DNA of 64,000 bases from a virus (Duplodnaviria > Heunggongvirae > Uroviricota > Caudoviricetes): the IMG/VR virus record IMGVR_UViG_3300013902_000267; one strand, 5' to 3'. Each line of letters starts with the position of its first letter. Position 1 is the first letter of the stretch. The position numbers and the translations under genes were made by a program. The notes under the pieces were generated by a model, which was not told the DNA's origin, made no database searches, and saw nothing but the letters and a program-made list of their open reading frames with translations. Below are positions 9,658 through 20,642 of the stretch, piece after piece.

Positions 9658-10149
9658 ATGGCAACAAATAAAAAGAATACAGTTAAGAAGTATATGCTTT
9701 CCCAAAATTTACCTTTTGGTAATTTAAAAGCAGGCATGATTTTCTCTTATGATACTATTACAAAAACTGCGGTATTTCCAAATGGACAAGAGATCTCACC
9801 ATTTGATGTAACAGATAAGAATTTCGTTAAGTCTGTCGCAGATGTAAAGTTTAATGTAGGTGATTGTGTCATTTATCATACACGATTGTATAAGATTACT
9901 GATATTAACTATGTAACAGGTCGTTGTAAGCTTTTAGAGTTTTACGCAAATAAAGAGGTTGATTTTGTAAGTCATTCTGTATTGACAGCAGCACAAGTTT
10001 ATTGGTTTGTTAATTCGTCTGGAACTGTTTCATCATCATATATTGGCAAACAACCAGATGCAGACTTATGGAGAGCAAAAACAAAGAACATGTTTAATAC
10101 CAAGGAGGAGTGTCAGAAGTATAAGAATATTGTTCTTAAAAGTAAATAA
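9658..10149 (+). CDS. Hypothetical protein
   Basis: 163-aa ORF preceded by the conserved promoter motif and followed by a terminator. Confidence 0.5.
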   Translation: MATNKKNTVKKYMLSQNLPFGNLKAGMIFSYDTITKTAVFPNGQEISPFDVTDKNFVKSVADVKFNVGDCVIYHTRLYKITDINYVTGRCKLLEFYANKEVDFVSHSVLTAAQVYWFVNSSGTVSSSYIGKQPDADLWRAKTKNMFNTKEECQKYKNIVLKSK

Positions 10150-10198
10150 AGAATATTTTTCAAATTTAAAATTTTAAATTAATATTTTATTTAACTCT

Positions 10199-10240
10199 TA
10201 AAGAGATTTGTAGTGATTACAAGTCTCTTTTTTCTTTTTA
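10199..10240 (+). terminator. Rho-independent terminator (AAGAGATTTGTA / TACAAGTCTCTT, one mismatch, T-run)
   Basis: Hairpin read directly, followed by TTTTCTTTTT. Confidence 0.6.
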
Positions 10241-10269
10241 ATAAATATATAAAATATAAAAGAAGTATT

Positions 10270-10863
10270 ATGCCAACAATGATGCCATTAATGGATAAAG
10301 ATACCGTAAGATATATAACATAGAATATTACACCAGAAGAAACTAAATATGTAGCTGATATAAAATCTACTATTGATGATACAAAGTGTGAACCAGAGAA
10401 ATGTGATGATGTTATATATCTTACTAAGATTATCGCTTTTTATACTAAATTTACAAATCTTGCAAATACAACACCTAATAATCAATATAAGATGCATATT
10501 CAAGATTTTATGTGGAGATTACAGCAATATAAGGAAGATATATTTGAAGTTGTTCAATCTATCATAGGAGTTTTAAATGGTTCCGATATTACAAAGATTG
10601 AATTACCTATAAGTGATAATCCATTAGAGATTATAAATGAATTAAAACAATGTGTACAAAATTGGTTTACACTTCATACAGATGATATTGAATATGAAGG
10701 CGCTAGATCATTAACTAGTTCATTCCTTTCTGTAATTCATAAGTTTGTTTACCTTTTTAGATTAGATAAATGCTCGACTGCTGATTATGGTCAGGATTAG
10801 AAATTACCAAATCCTGATGCAGGATTATGTGGAGTAAACGGAGCATATGCAGTAAATTTTTAA
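10270..10863 (+). CDS. Hypothetical protein; TAG-recoded (2 in-frame TAG)
   Basis: Continuous frame from ATG 10270 to TAA 10861-10863. The ORF track shows only the fragment 10492..10800 because it treats TAG as a stop. Confidence 0.55.
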
Positions 10864-10874
10864 TATGATATAAT

Positions 10875-11828
10875 ATGAATCCTATAAATCAACCATCATC
10901 TAGAAATTACAATATCAATGGTAGTACAAGAAATAATGGGTTCTTATATAAAATTATGCCTTTATCATTTAATTTACAATAGAGAGGAAATGATTTTAAA
11001 GTTAAAAAATACAATAAGTGTAAATTTAATATCGGCGATAATGTAAGAGGATTGTGTTTGGAAGATAAGAAAGAACATTCAGGACGAATTACTAATATCT
11101 TATACAGTACAAATACAGAAGTTCCTTATTTAGTTTATATCATTGATAATAAGACAAGATAGAAATTATCATTAAACTTTAGTTCGCTAGAATTTAATAA
11201 TTCTAAAATTGATGAGTCATATGGGTTTGATGTTGCCATTAAACTATATGAAACATTAAATAAAGATAAATATAATAAATTAAAACTTTAGAATAGAATG
11301 GTAAATTCAATAAAAGTTTTACTTGAAGAATATTTTAATAATACAGAACAAATGGATATGTTGTTAAATGATTATTAGAAACAACAGAAAAAAGCAAGTA
11401 AAGCATATGATTCACGTCAAGAGTTTTTAAAATCAATATTAGGTAAAGTAACATATAACAAATATCAAAATAAAGGTATGTTTGCTCCTATTCCTTTATC
11501 TGCATTGCATTTAACATTCGAAGATTTTTATTATTTGTTTCCAGAGAATAATATTAAGATGAGACCAATGGATAATGAAGCAGGTGTAGAGAAAGTAAAG
11601 AAACTTATTGCACGTATTAATAAGGAATATCCTAATAACGGTATTAGATTGTTAGATAATGGTGTTTCTTATACATTAAGTTCAAATCTTGTATTTAAGA
11701 GATTAGATAATATAATTGATTTTTTATAGATAATTCAGAAAAATGTTTTGAGGATTTCATCTGATAAAACAAATCCAACAGTTAATTGGAAGGCGATGAT
11801 AAAGAAATTCAGAAATTATCTACGATAA
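10875..11828 (+). CDS. Hypothetical protein; TAG-recoded (5 in-frame TAG)
   Basis: Continuous frame from ATG 10875 to TAA 11826-11828. Contains the track fragment 11478..11729. Confidence 0.5.
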
Positions 11829-11861
11829 TCAAATAAGTAAAATAAATTAATTAAAATAATA

Positions 11862-12365
11862 ATGATGATAACTACAAACATAAGTAACATTCCAGACGCA
11901 TGGGATGGTTATTTTGAACAATAGGTTAATAAGTTCACGCCTTCTGTTGAAGTTCCTAAGCCTTGGAGACATCCGGTTGGACCTGAACCTATGATGAAAC
12001 CTTGCAAGCATCATAAGACATAGTTTATTATAAAACATAAACCTGCTACATTACCAAATGGACCAGAACATGGATGTAACGTATGTGATCCATATCATCC
12101 AAATTTGTATGATCATATGAATATGCCTTGTTTTAATCAACATAAACCATATGGTATCGCTACTAATAGATTAATGAGTCCATTTGAAGATGATGATAGA
12201 CCTGATTGGCATGAATTCCATGCTAAGAATCGTAAACCTATGATGTTTGAAGAAGTTATAGATGAAAATGGTTGTTCACATGGTCCTCATGGAACAATTA
12301 ATGTTAGACCAGTTGAACCTGCTGATGATGAAGCAGATGAGATTGAAGATGAAGTAACAGTTTAA
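11862..12365 (+). CDS. Hypothetical Cys/His-containing protein; TAG-recoded (2 TAG)
   Basis: ATG 11862 to TAA. Contains the track fragment 12105..12365. Confidence 0.5.
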
Positions 12366-12398
12366 AATGAAAATTAATTAATGATAGAAATATAAATT

Positions 12399-13166
12399 AT
12401 GCAAACATCAAGTAAAGTTTCATACGATAATTGGAGTGATTGGAATTTAGGAAATTAGATAATGAATATAAGACCTGTTGGTACATATTGCTTCTGTGAA
12501 CATCATCATTGTCACCATCATCATCCTTGTGATTGTGTAGATTGTGAATTCTCAGAATCATATATTAAACCAGAATCTTGTTGTCATCATCATCCGCATC
12601 CACCAGTACCATGTCCACCACATCATTGTGATTGTCATGATCCACATTTATTTCCAATTGATCAAGATAATGATGGATTTGTAGAAAGTGATATGATTCA
12701 TAAACATCCAGAACCATATATTCCAGAACCATTACCAGGAGAAATTGGAGATAAAGAAGATGATACAACAAATAGAATGGAAGTAGGTGACGAAGTTGAT
12801 GATATTGATGATTCAACAAATTATTATGGTTCAAATTTAGTTGTAAGTATTCCTAAAGAAATTCAACCAGTAGAAACATCAGATGAAATTGATTCTATTT
12901 TAGATGAAGATACACAAGATGATATGGTAACTACTGATGAAGATGGTTATCATACATTAAGTGATGAAGTTCCAGCAGAAGAAGATAATTGGGAAACATC
13001 AAAAATGATTGATACTAATACATCTAAAATTATTGAAGAAACACCAGTTCCTGAATAGGAATTAAAGGAAGTTGAAACTATTCCATCTGTAGAATCAGTA
13101 GAAGAGAAACCCACACGTGGACGTAGAAGAGTTAATCGTGGAGGAAGACGTAAAAAAGAAGAATAA
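12399..13166 (+). CDS. His/Cys-rich (metal-binding-like) protein with a basic C-terminal tail; TAG-recoded
   Basis: 'CEHHHCHHHHPCDC...CCHHHPHPP...HHCDCHD' His/Cys clusters. Reading through TAG at 13056 extends to '...RGRRRVNRGGRRKKEE' and TAA at 13164-13166. Confidence 0.5.
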
Positions 13167-13180
13167 TTTTTATTCTATAT

Positions 13181-13227
13181 ATAATAGAAAAGAGACTTAG
13201 AACAAAAATACTAAGTCTCTTTTTATT
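13181..13227 (+). terminator. Rho-independent terminator (AAAGAGACTTAG / CTAAGTCTCTTT, T-run)
   Basis: Perfect 12-bp stem followed by TTTATTTTTT. Confidence 0.7.
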
Positions 13228-13262
13228 TTTTATAAACATTCACATTTAATTTTACTATAAAA

Positions 13263-13889
13263 TTAAAGCATACATTCATCCCACCAGTCAGCGCGGAAAG
13301 TCATATCACAAGACATCAAATCTGTACTGTCATAATTAAGTGTAGGACCAGGTACACCTGTTGTAGGGAAAATGTAATAGAATACCCATTGCCAATATGG
13401 ATTACCAGCACGATCTTGCATAGTAATAGTCATTGATGGCGCCACGTAATCTTTCTTAAGGCCTTCACGACCTGTAAGAGGATCATAAATAAGGTCAACC
13501 CATTCACGAAGGAACTTATATGTGTAGTTCTCAGGTGAACCGTTATCATATGAAAGGTTAAGGTTAAAGTGTAATGTCAAGTCGACATTAGTTCTATCTG
13601 GTTTTGCACCAGCGAATGAACGTTGTGCAAATTTATACTTTTGCTCTGTTGCGTTAGCACCAAATGAAGTAGAAATCTGACCAACACTTTGTACACCTTC
13701 AAGAATAATATTCAAACGTTCATCATCTGTTGTATCAACCATACCTTGAGGACAACTTAATTGAACAGTAAACAAGTTCAAATATATAGGTTCCCATAAT
13801 GAGGTAGATACACGGCTATTTCTAAAATGTGATAATCCTAACAAACCTGGAGATTTCTTAGGTAAAGTAGGTCCATTTGTTACTGCCAT
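13263..13889 (-). CDS. Tail tube protein, T4 gp19 family
   Basis: 'NRVSTSLWEPIYLNLFTVQLS' resembles T4 gp19 'PNLFQVEIS'. C-terminal 'DMTFRADWWDE' resembles gp19 'LALDYWE'. 208 aa. Implies a contractile tail. Confidence 0.55.
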   Translation of the reverse strand: MAVTNGPTLPKKSPGLLGLSHFRNSRVSTSLWEPIYLNLFTVQLSCPQGMVDTTDDERLNIILEGVQSVGQISTSFGANATEQKYKFAQRSFAGAKPDRTNVDLTLHFNLNLSYDNGSPENYTYKFLREWVDLIYDPLTGREGLKKDYVAPSMTITMQDRAGNPYWQWVFYYIFPTTGVPGPTLNYDSTDLMSCDMTFRADWWDECML

Positions 13890-14042
13890 ATTATTATTAA
13901 AGTATATTTTATTTTATTTATCTGTGAAAAATAGGTAGATTAAATGTAGACAAAAATATTTTTTTATAGTATAAATTAAGAATTTAAAAAAAATAGAGAT
14001 AAATAATTAAGTTCAAAAAATAAATTTTAAATAAAGAAGAAA

Positions 14043-14216
14043 ATGAAGAAGATTTTATTTGTACTTGCTGCTGTTGTAACAATGAGTTTCGCTTCTTGTG
14101 GTAACAAGACTACTACATGTGGAACAGCAAATGATTCAACTGCAACAGATACTACAGTTGTTGATTCTACAGCTACAGATTCAACTGCAGCTGATTCTAC
14201 AGTTTGTCCTATGTAA
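14043..14216 (+). CDS. Small lipoprotein (signal peptide plus lipobox Cys) with a DSTAT-type tandem repeat
   Basis: MKKILFVLAAVVTMSFASC-GNK, a Bacteroidota-type lipoprotein signal. Preferred over the antisense track ORF 14027..14221. Confidence 0.55.
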   Translation: MKKILFVLAAVVTMSFASCGNKTTTCGTANDSTATDTTVVDSTATDSTAADSTVCPM

Positions 14217-14301
14217 TTCATAAGACAAACTTTATTTTAGAGAAGATTATTGTGTAATTAAAATATAACCTAATATAAGGTTTATATTAAACTAATTTTA
14301 G

Positions 14302-14350
14302 AGATATACTAAATATATTCATTTATATTTGGTATATCTTTTTTTATTTA
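14302..14350 (+). terminator. Rho-independent terminator (AGATATAC ... GTATATCT, then TTTTTTATTT)
   Basis: 8-bp stem with a long loop and a T-run. Confidence 0.45.
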
Positions 14351-14389
14351 ATAAATATTTAAAATTTATTTAACTGAATTATATAATAT

Positions 14390-15286
14390 ATGGCAACATG
14401 GAATCAAGCAGTTCAATAGATGGGTAAGTTTTATCAATAGAATATACATACATATCAAGGAGGTAAATCAGGACATGCGACAGGTGCTAGACGTTCTTAT
14501 TCATGTCCTTTAGTTGGACACAGTGTAGGAGATGATTGTTCAGGATTTACTTCTGCGTGTTTATAGTTATTTGGAGCATTTCCAGGCTCATATATTGTTT
14601 CATCTAGTGGTTTTGCATCAACATCTGGTGCAACAGCCGCATATTTAAGAAAAGCTGGATTTTCACCGTTAAGATATATTAGTTACTCATCTTTATAGCC
14701 ATATGATATTGTTGCAAGAAATGGACATGTTGAAGTATTTTGTGGTATGAAGGGAAGTTCACCAATGTCATACGCATGGGGAAATATTCATGATGGCATA
14801 AATGGACATGTTGGTATGCCATGTTGGTTTTCTAAACAGTCTTATTCTATTGTATGGAGAAATTCTGGTGTAAGTATAGATACACCATTAGATTTTTCTT
14901 CAGTGTCTGGCGGTTCATTACAACAATAGATGAATTCTGGATATGGTACAGGTGGAACATTAAATGGGTAGACAGGTTCATAGTTTAATTATACATCAAA
15001 TACATATCCTGTTCATGATGAATATGAAACTATTTCATCTGGTAATGGTTCAAAATCTGTATTTGAAATTGTAGGTGAAAATACATTACGTATGGCATAT
15101 ACAAATTCATCATATATACAACAATTAGATTCATCTAATTATTAGTTAAAAAATACTCGTATATATTCAACTAATGATGCATCTATAATATTAGATGAAT
15201 TATCAATACCATTAGATCCATTTGATACGAGTGTTAATACATTAGATTCAAGTGTTATTGATAATTCAGTTAAAACAAATAATTAA
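14390..15286 (+). CDS. NlpC/P60-family peptidoglycan endopeptidase (virion- or tail-associated lysin); TAG-recoded (8 TAG)
   Basis: Catalytic-Cys signature 'GDDCSGFTSAC' (NlpC/P60 'DCSGF'). One frame from ATG 14390 to TAA 15284-15286, interrupted only by TAG. C-terminal module shared with the next gene. Confidence 0.65.
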
Positions 15287-15292
15287 TAATAT

Positions 15293-16333
15293 ATGGCTGG
15301 CAAGAAATTACTTAATGGTGTTTATATAACAAAGAAAATAATGGAAGCTTTTAATCTTAAAGATTATCAGGCTGCTGGATTTGCTGGTTGTTTTATGGAA
15401 GAATCTGGTTGTGATCCCGGTGCATATAATGCCGCTGAAAAATCTGGAAGATTTAAAGGTTCATCAGCGAACGGTGCAGGTTATGGTGCAGGTCTTGCAT
15501 AGTGGTCTAATGCATGGAAACGGTAGATATAGAGATAGTTTAATAATTCAAGGCCTATAGAAAATTGGACATTAGATTAGCAAATAGCTATTGTTACTAA
15601 AGGCTGTTCATAGTCTTTTGTAAATTTATTAAGAAAATGTACATCAGTAGGTTAGTCTACAGATATTGTTTTAAGAGGATATGAAAATGGTTCTGCAGGT
15701 AAAGGTACTAAATTACGTTCATAGCAATCAATGAAAGCATATACGTGGTGTAAGACATCATATATGGCAGATGGTAGTAGACGTACGTTTAGTGATGGAT
15801 ATATTGGTGCATTAACATGTAGAACATCATGGGCTAATGCAGTTTTAAGTAAAATGGGATCAGTTAATCTTGCAGATTTATCCGGATTAGGAACAGAAGT
15901 AGGTGGAGGATTAGGTGATGATGGCTCTTTTGGTTCTACTGGTGGAGGAGGAACTGGAGATTCAAACGCATATCCTGTTCATGATGAATATGAAACATTT
16001 ACTGGACAAGGTGGAAATATATTTGCAAATGCAAAAGATAATGCATTTCAATTAGCTGCTGATGCATCAAAATCTAAATTTTCATCTAAAGATTCTGAAG
16101 CATCTAAGCATACACGTATATATTCTACAAATGATTCTTGTATTGTTTTAGATGAATTAAGTATACCATATGATCCAAATGATCCAACTATTGAATATGC
16201 AAATCAAAATGTAAAAGCGGAAGATGTTAAGAAAGATACATCTACTAATGCAAAAGATAATACTAAAGACACATCTACAAATAAAAGTACAAATAAATCT
16301 AATACTACAAAAAAGACAACTAAATCTAAATAA
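15293..16333 (+). CDS. Phage tail lysozyme-like protein (Phage_lysozyme2 family); TAG-recoded (about 9 TAG)
   Basis: 'AAGFAGCFMEESGCDPGAYNAAE...GAGYGAGLA-Q-WS' matches the tail-lysozyme family signature. The family has Q where this gene has TAG. Confidence 0.6.
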
Positions 16334-16335
16334 TT

Positions 16336-19300
16336 ATGATTACAATAAATGGTATTAAATATTTAAAAAAAGGAGAGACATCAAATGATAAAACAATAAC
16401 GCATTATTATTATACAGATTCATTAAAGAAAACTTATAACATAATATATAATGGCAAAAATGCTAAATTATATACAGATACTAAAGTATACAAGGATTCT
16501 GATACAAATTAGATTATAAAGAAAGATTTCTTTAATTATACTATTGATTACGGAACAGGAAAATATGGAGGTGTTTGTTATTCAAAATCAGATGAAGATA
16601 AGATATTAGGTATGGTCGATTCTGATAGTAATATAGATGGAAGTTCTAATGGAGATTCTACAACTGATGGTGATAATAGTTCAAACTCTGGAAATAATTC
16701 TGATGATTCTGATAATAATGACGGTAATAGTTCAAATAATGGTAATGGAACAGGTGATGATACAAATGATTCTGATAGTAATGGATCTGGTAATAAAGAT
16801 ACTAATAATAAAGGTATATTTGAGGATTCAATGGGTAATAAAGATAAAGATAATCCTCGAAGTTCATTACCATTAGGAGCAGATATTAAAGATCCTGATG
16901 TTACAGGTTTTAGCATTGATGAAGTAACAGCGCCACATCCACGAGAAAACAATTGGTATAATAAAGGTTCTGTTTGTCCAATAATACGTATAAATGATCA
17001 TTATTTTTCTGATACTGAAATATAGCATTTTTCTATGGAAACTGGATATTATAAGAATTTTTATGATTATCAAGTATACCAAGCACCGTTAACAGGTGTT
17101 TTACCAACTATGAGGCTTATTGTTACAACAACAGATCCAGGTTTATTAAAGAAAGATTTTATAAAGCAAGGTGATAGATGTAATGTATTTTTCTAGAGTA
17201 ATCATTCTATGATTAAATCTATGAGATGTGATTTCAGAATTACTAATGTTGTAACAGATTAGTTAGATTAGACGTAGTATTAGAAATATCAAACATAGAT
17301 TATAACAGGTGAACTTTATGTCCCGGATTTAAGAAATGAAGAAACTCGTTATAATTTTAATGGTTCATCAAGAGATGCTATGATGGATTTGGCAAAGAGA
17401 TTAAGATTAAGTTTTTTCTTTTGTGATCCTGATGATACTAATGATAAAATGGTTTGGTGTAATTGTAAAACACCTGAAATGTTCATTCATGATTTAACAA
17501 CGCATGCATGGAAAAATTCTATATCATTCTTTGAATCTTGGATTGATCCACGTTATGGATTATCTTTTATGAATATTAATAGATTATTAGGTGAAGATGG
17601 ATTTGATGAATCAATAGATATGACATTCTGGACTAATACATTTATTAATAATAGATCAGTTGATGGAAAATCTGCAAATGAAACAGATACAGAATAGAAA
17701 AATAGTACACATATTCAAACAAAATGTTTTACTAATATTATTAATGATAATGAATCTGCTACAGTATATCATGTTAATAGTTGGAGATTGGTTAATAATG
17801 CATAGGAAATACAAGATTTTGTTGGATTGAATTGTAAAATGCAATATTCATCTGTTAATCCTGGATTATTATCAGATGAGAATAATAATCCAAATTATAG
17901 TGTAGAATTTTCATTATGTTTAAATAGAACTAAATTTGATCCAACTAAAAAGGATAATGATTTTTATGTATTATTAGGACCTGGTAGAAATATGACATAT
18001 GCGAGTGGCGATGCCGCCATGGGAACATCTGAAACACAATCTTCAAATAAAAATGAACCTGAACAAGTTACAAATCAAATGTCTGATGGTGATGCAGATG
18101 CAATGGATAGTACAGGAAATAATATGATGTCTTCTGGTAATACACATCAATTTTATGAAGTTGCTTATGAACATAATATGAGAAATTTACTATAGTTATA
18201 GAAATAGTATTTACTTGTAGAATTAAATGGTGCAAACTTAAGTATTGTTCGCGGTGAAAAAATGCCTATTGTATTAATGGATTTAAATAAAGCAGAACAA
18301 GCTATTAGAACTAGTCAAGCACGTACAAAAATAGAAGAATGTATGTATGAAGCTGAATCCGGTTGGTATATAATTGATGGTATTGAATGGGTTTTTGATC
18401 CTGATAATGATTAGGGACAAGGTACAAACTGGCGAACTAATGTGAAATTAGTTAGAAGAGAATGGCCAATACCATCAAAAATAAAAGATGCAAATGGTAA
18501 TACTGTTTCAAAAAATGTCGCAAATAGTATTGTTTTGGTAGATATTGGAAACGGACAATAGATAAGAATGGCTTATTATGATGCAGTAAAGAAATATAGT
18601 TAGGAAATAAAAAATGGTGATGTCAAAATATTAGGTGGAACAACATCTGAAGACGCAGTTGTAATTGGTCAGAAAAAACAAAACATATCTTCAACTAATG
18701 ATGAATAGAATTCAGATGATCTAGAAGAAAGTGGTAAATTATATACTGCAAATGGTGTAGAGACTGTAAGTGCAGTTAATTTTAATCTTGATTTAATGGA
18801 TCAATATGTAAAAGATTCTGATTATGTTGGTTAGTCTACAATACCTTTAACTGGTTTGAAAGATTTTATGAAAAATATTTATAAAACAATATTATCTGAA
18901 TCCGATAATAAATGTAAATTGGTATCTGGAAGACGGTGGGCAGTAGATGAATATGGTAATAAGGTAAATGGAAATGCGTTTGTAAAGAAATATGATTATT
19001 ATAAATGTATGAATGCTATAGGTGAAGTAATGTATTTTAAAAAAAATAATTCAAGTCATTTATATGGTGAAGCTATTGATATTATTAATAATGGTATAGA
19101 TTTTACTGAACTTATGACTAATGTAATAATGAAATCACCTGCGATATTAAAATTATTTTATGATAATGGTGTTTCTGCTTATATAGAGCAAGCAAAGGAT
19201 GATACAGGCGCAACTACTAAACATTACCATATTGGAACTGATACAATAAAACAACGAGAATTTTGGGAATCTGTTAAAGCTATATTAGGTTCTGATATGA

Positions 19301-19425
19301 TTCCAGGAACTATGATAACATTTATGAACTATATGACAAAAAATACATAGAGAACAACAGAATTCTCTGTAAGTAGTGAAATAGACGAAAACACATTACA
19401 AAAAAATAGTAATAATGATAAATGA
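16336..19425 (+). CDS. Large tail fibre/baseplate-like protein (about 1029 aa) with an N-terminal G/S/D/N-rich low-complexity region and a C-terminal peptidase-M15 domain; TAG-recoded (more than 20 TAG)
   Basis: One frame from ATG 16336 to TGA 19423-19425. Track fragments 16612, 17380, 17827 and 18856 are all in the same frame. M15 motifs 'SHLYGEAIDI' and 'HYHIG' near the C-terminus. Confidence 0.6.
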
Positions 19426-19429
19426 AAAT

Positions 19430-19460
19430 AAGGGAATAGATATTTGTAATCTATTCCCTT
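19430..19460. terminator. Bidirectional terminator hairpin (AAGGGAATAGAT / ATCTATTCCCTT) between convergent genes
   Basis: Perfect 12-bp stem read directly, with T-run TTTATT. Confidence 0.6.
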
Positions 19461-19467
19461 TATTATA

Positions 19468-20433
19468 TTAAATATGTTTTCTTTTTAATATTTGAATAAA
19501 TTCATCTTCAGTTATTTGAGCACCTGCTGCACCTTCATGTCCTCCACCATGATAATATTCTTGAAGATATTTACCACAATGGAATTCATGTGTATCTGTA
19601 GGATTATACAATGAAATTGCCCACATACCATCAGGTAATCTCTTAAATACAATACCGTTTTTGATTTTATCTTTACATGTTTTAAATATCTGTGAATTTG
19701 TTGGTTTCTGAATAAACAAAGCACATGCAGATCGATTATCAAATCCTACAGTCCATGTAAAATCACCATATGAATTAATGAGGTTCTTATTGTTTCTATC
19801 AATAATCTCTGATTCTAACTTACCTAATTCTTTAAGTTTCCCTAGTTCACATGCTAATTCTTCTGGTTTTGCTTGATATATTATATAATATACATGATTA
19901 ATAATTTCACTTACATTTAAATCATATTTATTATTAACACCAATGTTTACATATCTACAAAAATCAAAATTAATATTCTCCGCATCATAACTCCAGCTAT
20001 CCCATGCAGACAATACTTTAAACAAATCCGGTATTCTTCCAATAAAATTATACAAATAGCTAAAAGCATTATATAATGCAGAATGATCGATTGTCCTTAA
20101 ACCCTGAATATCGTCAAAATGTAATTCTTTTGAACTATTAATCATAGGCGCATGATGGTCAAACCAATATAGTTTATCACCAAAATGTTTTTTCAGTTTA
20201 AGCATTGTTTCTGCTGTATCAAACGAAATATCTGATATATAAACATAATCATATACACCTATAATATCATTTTGAATATTTAAGTTCTCCATCCCATTAT
20301 AATCTTCACCTAATAGTGTGATCATATTTGGATGTATTCCTTTTTCAATTACAAGAAAATTATATATGATAGCCATCGAAAATAAACCATCATTATCTTC
20401 CTTGTGATATATAATTAAATATTTGTCATCCAT
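19468..20433 (-). CDS. DHH-DHHA1 family phosphoesterase (NrnA/RecJ-like nanoRNase or oligonucleotide phosphodiesterase)
   Basis: Motif I 'YHKEDNDG'. Motif III 'FDHHAP'. DHHA1 'GGGHEGAAG'. 321 aa. Confidence 0.65.
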   Translation of the reverse strand: MDDKYLIIYHKEDNDGLFSMAIIYNFLVIEKGIHPNMITLLGEDYNGMENLNIQNDIIGVYDYVYISDISFDTAETMLKLKKHFGDKLYWFDHHAPMINSSKELHFDDIQGLRTIDHSALYNAFSYLYNFIGRIPDLFKVLSAWDSWSYDAENINFDFCRYVNIGVNNKYDLNVSEIINHVYYIIYQAKPEELACELGKLKELGKLESEIIDRNNKNLINSYGDFTWTVGFDNRSACALFIQKPTNSQIFKTCKDKIKNGIVFKRLPDGMWAISLYNPTDTHEFHCGKYLQEYYHGGGHEGAAGAQITEDEFIQILKRKHI

Positions 20434-20445
20434 TATATTATTAAT

Positions 20446-20631
20446 TTAATAATTAGTTTTCTGTTTCTCTAACATTTCTATTGCTTTTGCTTGTCTATCT
20501 ACTGTCTCTTGAAGTTGTTCACACTTATATTTGTAATAATGAGCTTCACCAGCTGCAATCAATATACAAACACATGTAAGTCCCAATATATAAATATCAA
20601 GCTTATTAAAAATCTTTTTTATTGTTTCCAT
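20446..20631 (-). CDS. Small membrane protein (one TM plus a coiled coil); spanin- or holin-like
   Basis: 'IYILGLTCVCILIAA' TM segment followed by a charged helical tail. Confidence 0.35.
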   Translation of the reverse strand: METIKKIFNKLDIYILGLTCVCILIAAGEAHYYKYKCEQLQETVDRQAKAIEMLEKQKTNY

Positions 20632-20642
20632 TTAATATATAA

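Noticed and set aside
10372-10411. The conserved 23-mer as a terminal repeat or packaging signal
   Set aside because: All six copies sit at a fixed orientation and short distance upstream of start codons. That fits a promoter or 5'-UTR element rather than a terminal repeat.
13263-13889. Classifying the genome as a crAss-like podovirus because of TAG recoding and Bacteroidota-like signals
   Set aside because: A T4 gp19-family tail-tube protein points to a contractile-tailed phage. TAG-to-Gln recoding also occurs in large Bacteroidota myoviruses such as Lak-like phages.
14027-14221. Track ORF on the minus strand (64 aa, VAVES repeats)
   Set aside because: It is the antisense of a much more convincing plus-strand lipoprotein gene (14043..14216) with a textbook signal peptide and lipobox. 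The VAVES repeat is just the reverse complement of the DSTAT repeat.
14390-19425. Interpreting TAG as a stop, which would make this region a field of pseudogenes or short ORFs
   Set aside because: Frames are perfectly maintained across 2 to more than 20 TAGs per gene, and TAA or TGA are used as the real stops. TAG aligns to Gln in conserved motifs (YIG-Q-T, GLA-Q-WS). Recoding is far more parsimonious than mass pseudogenisation.
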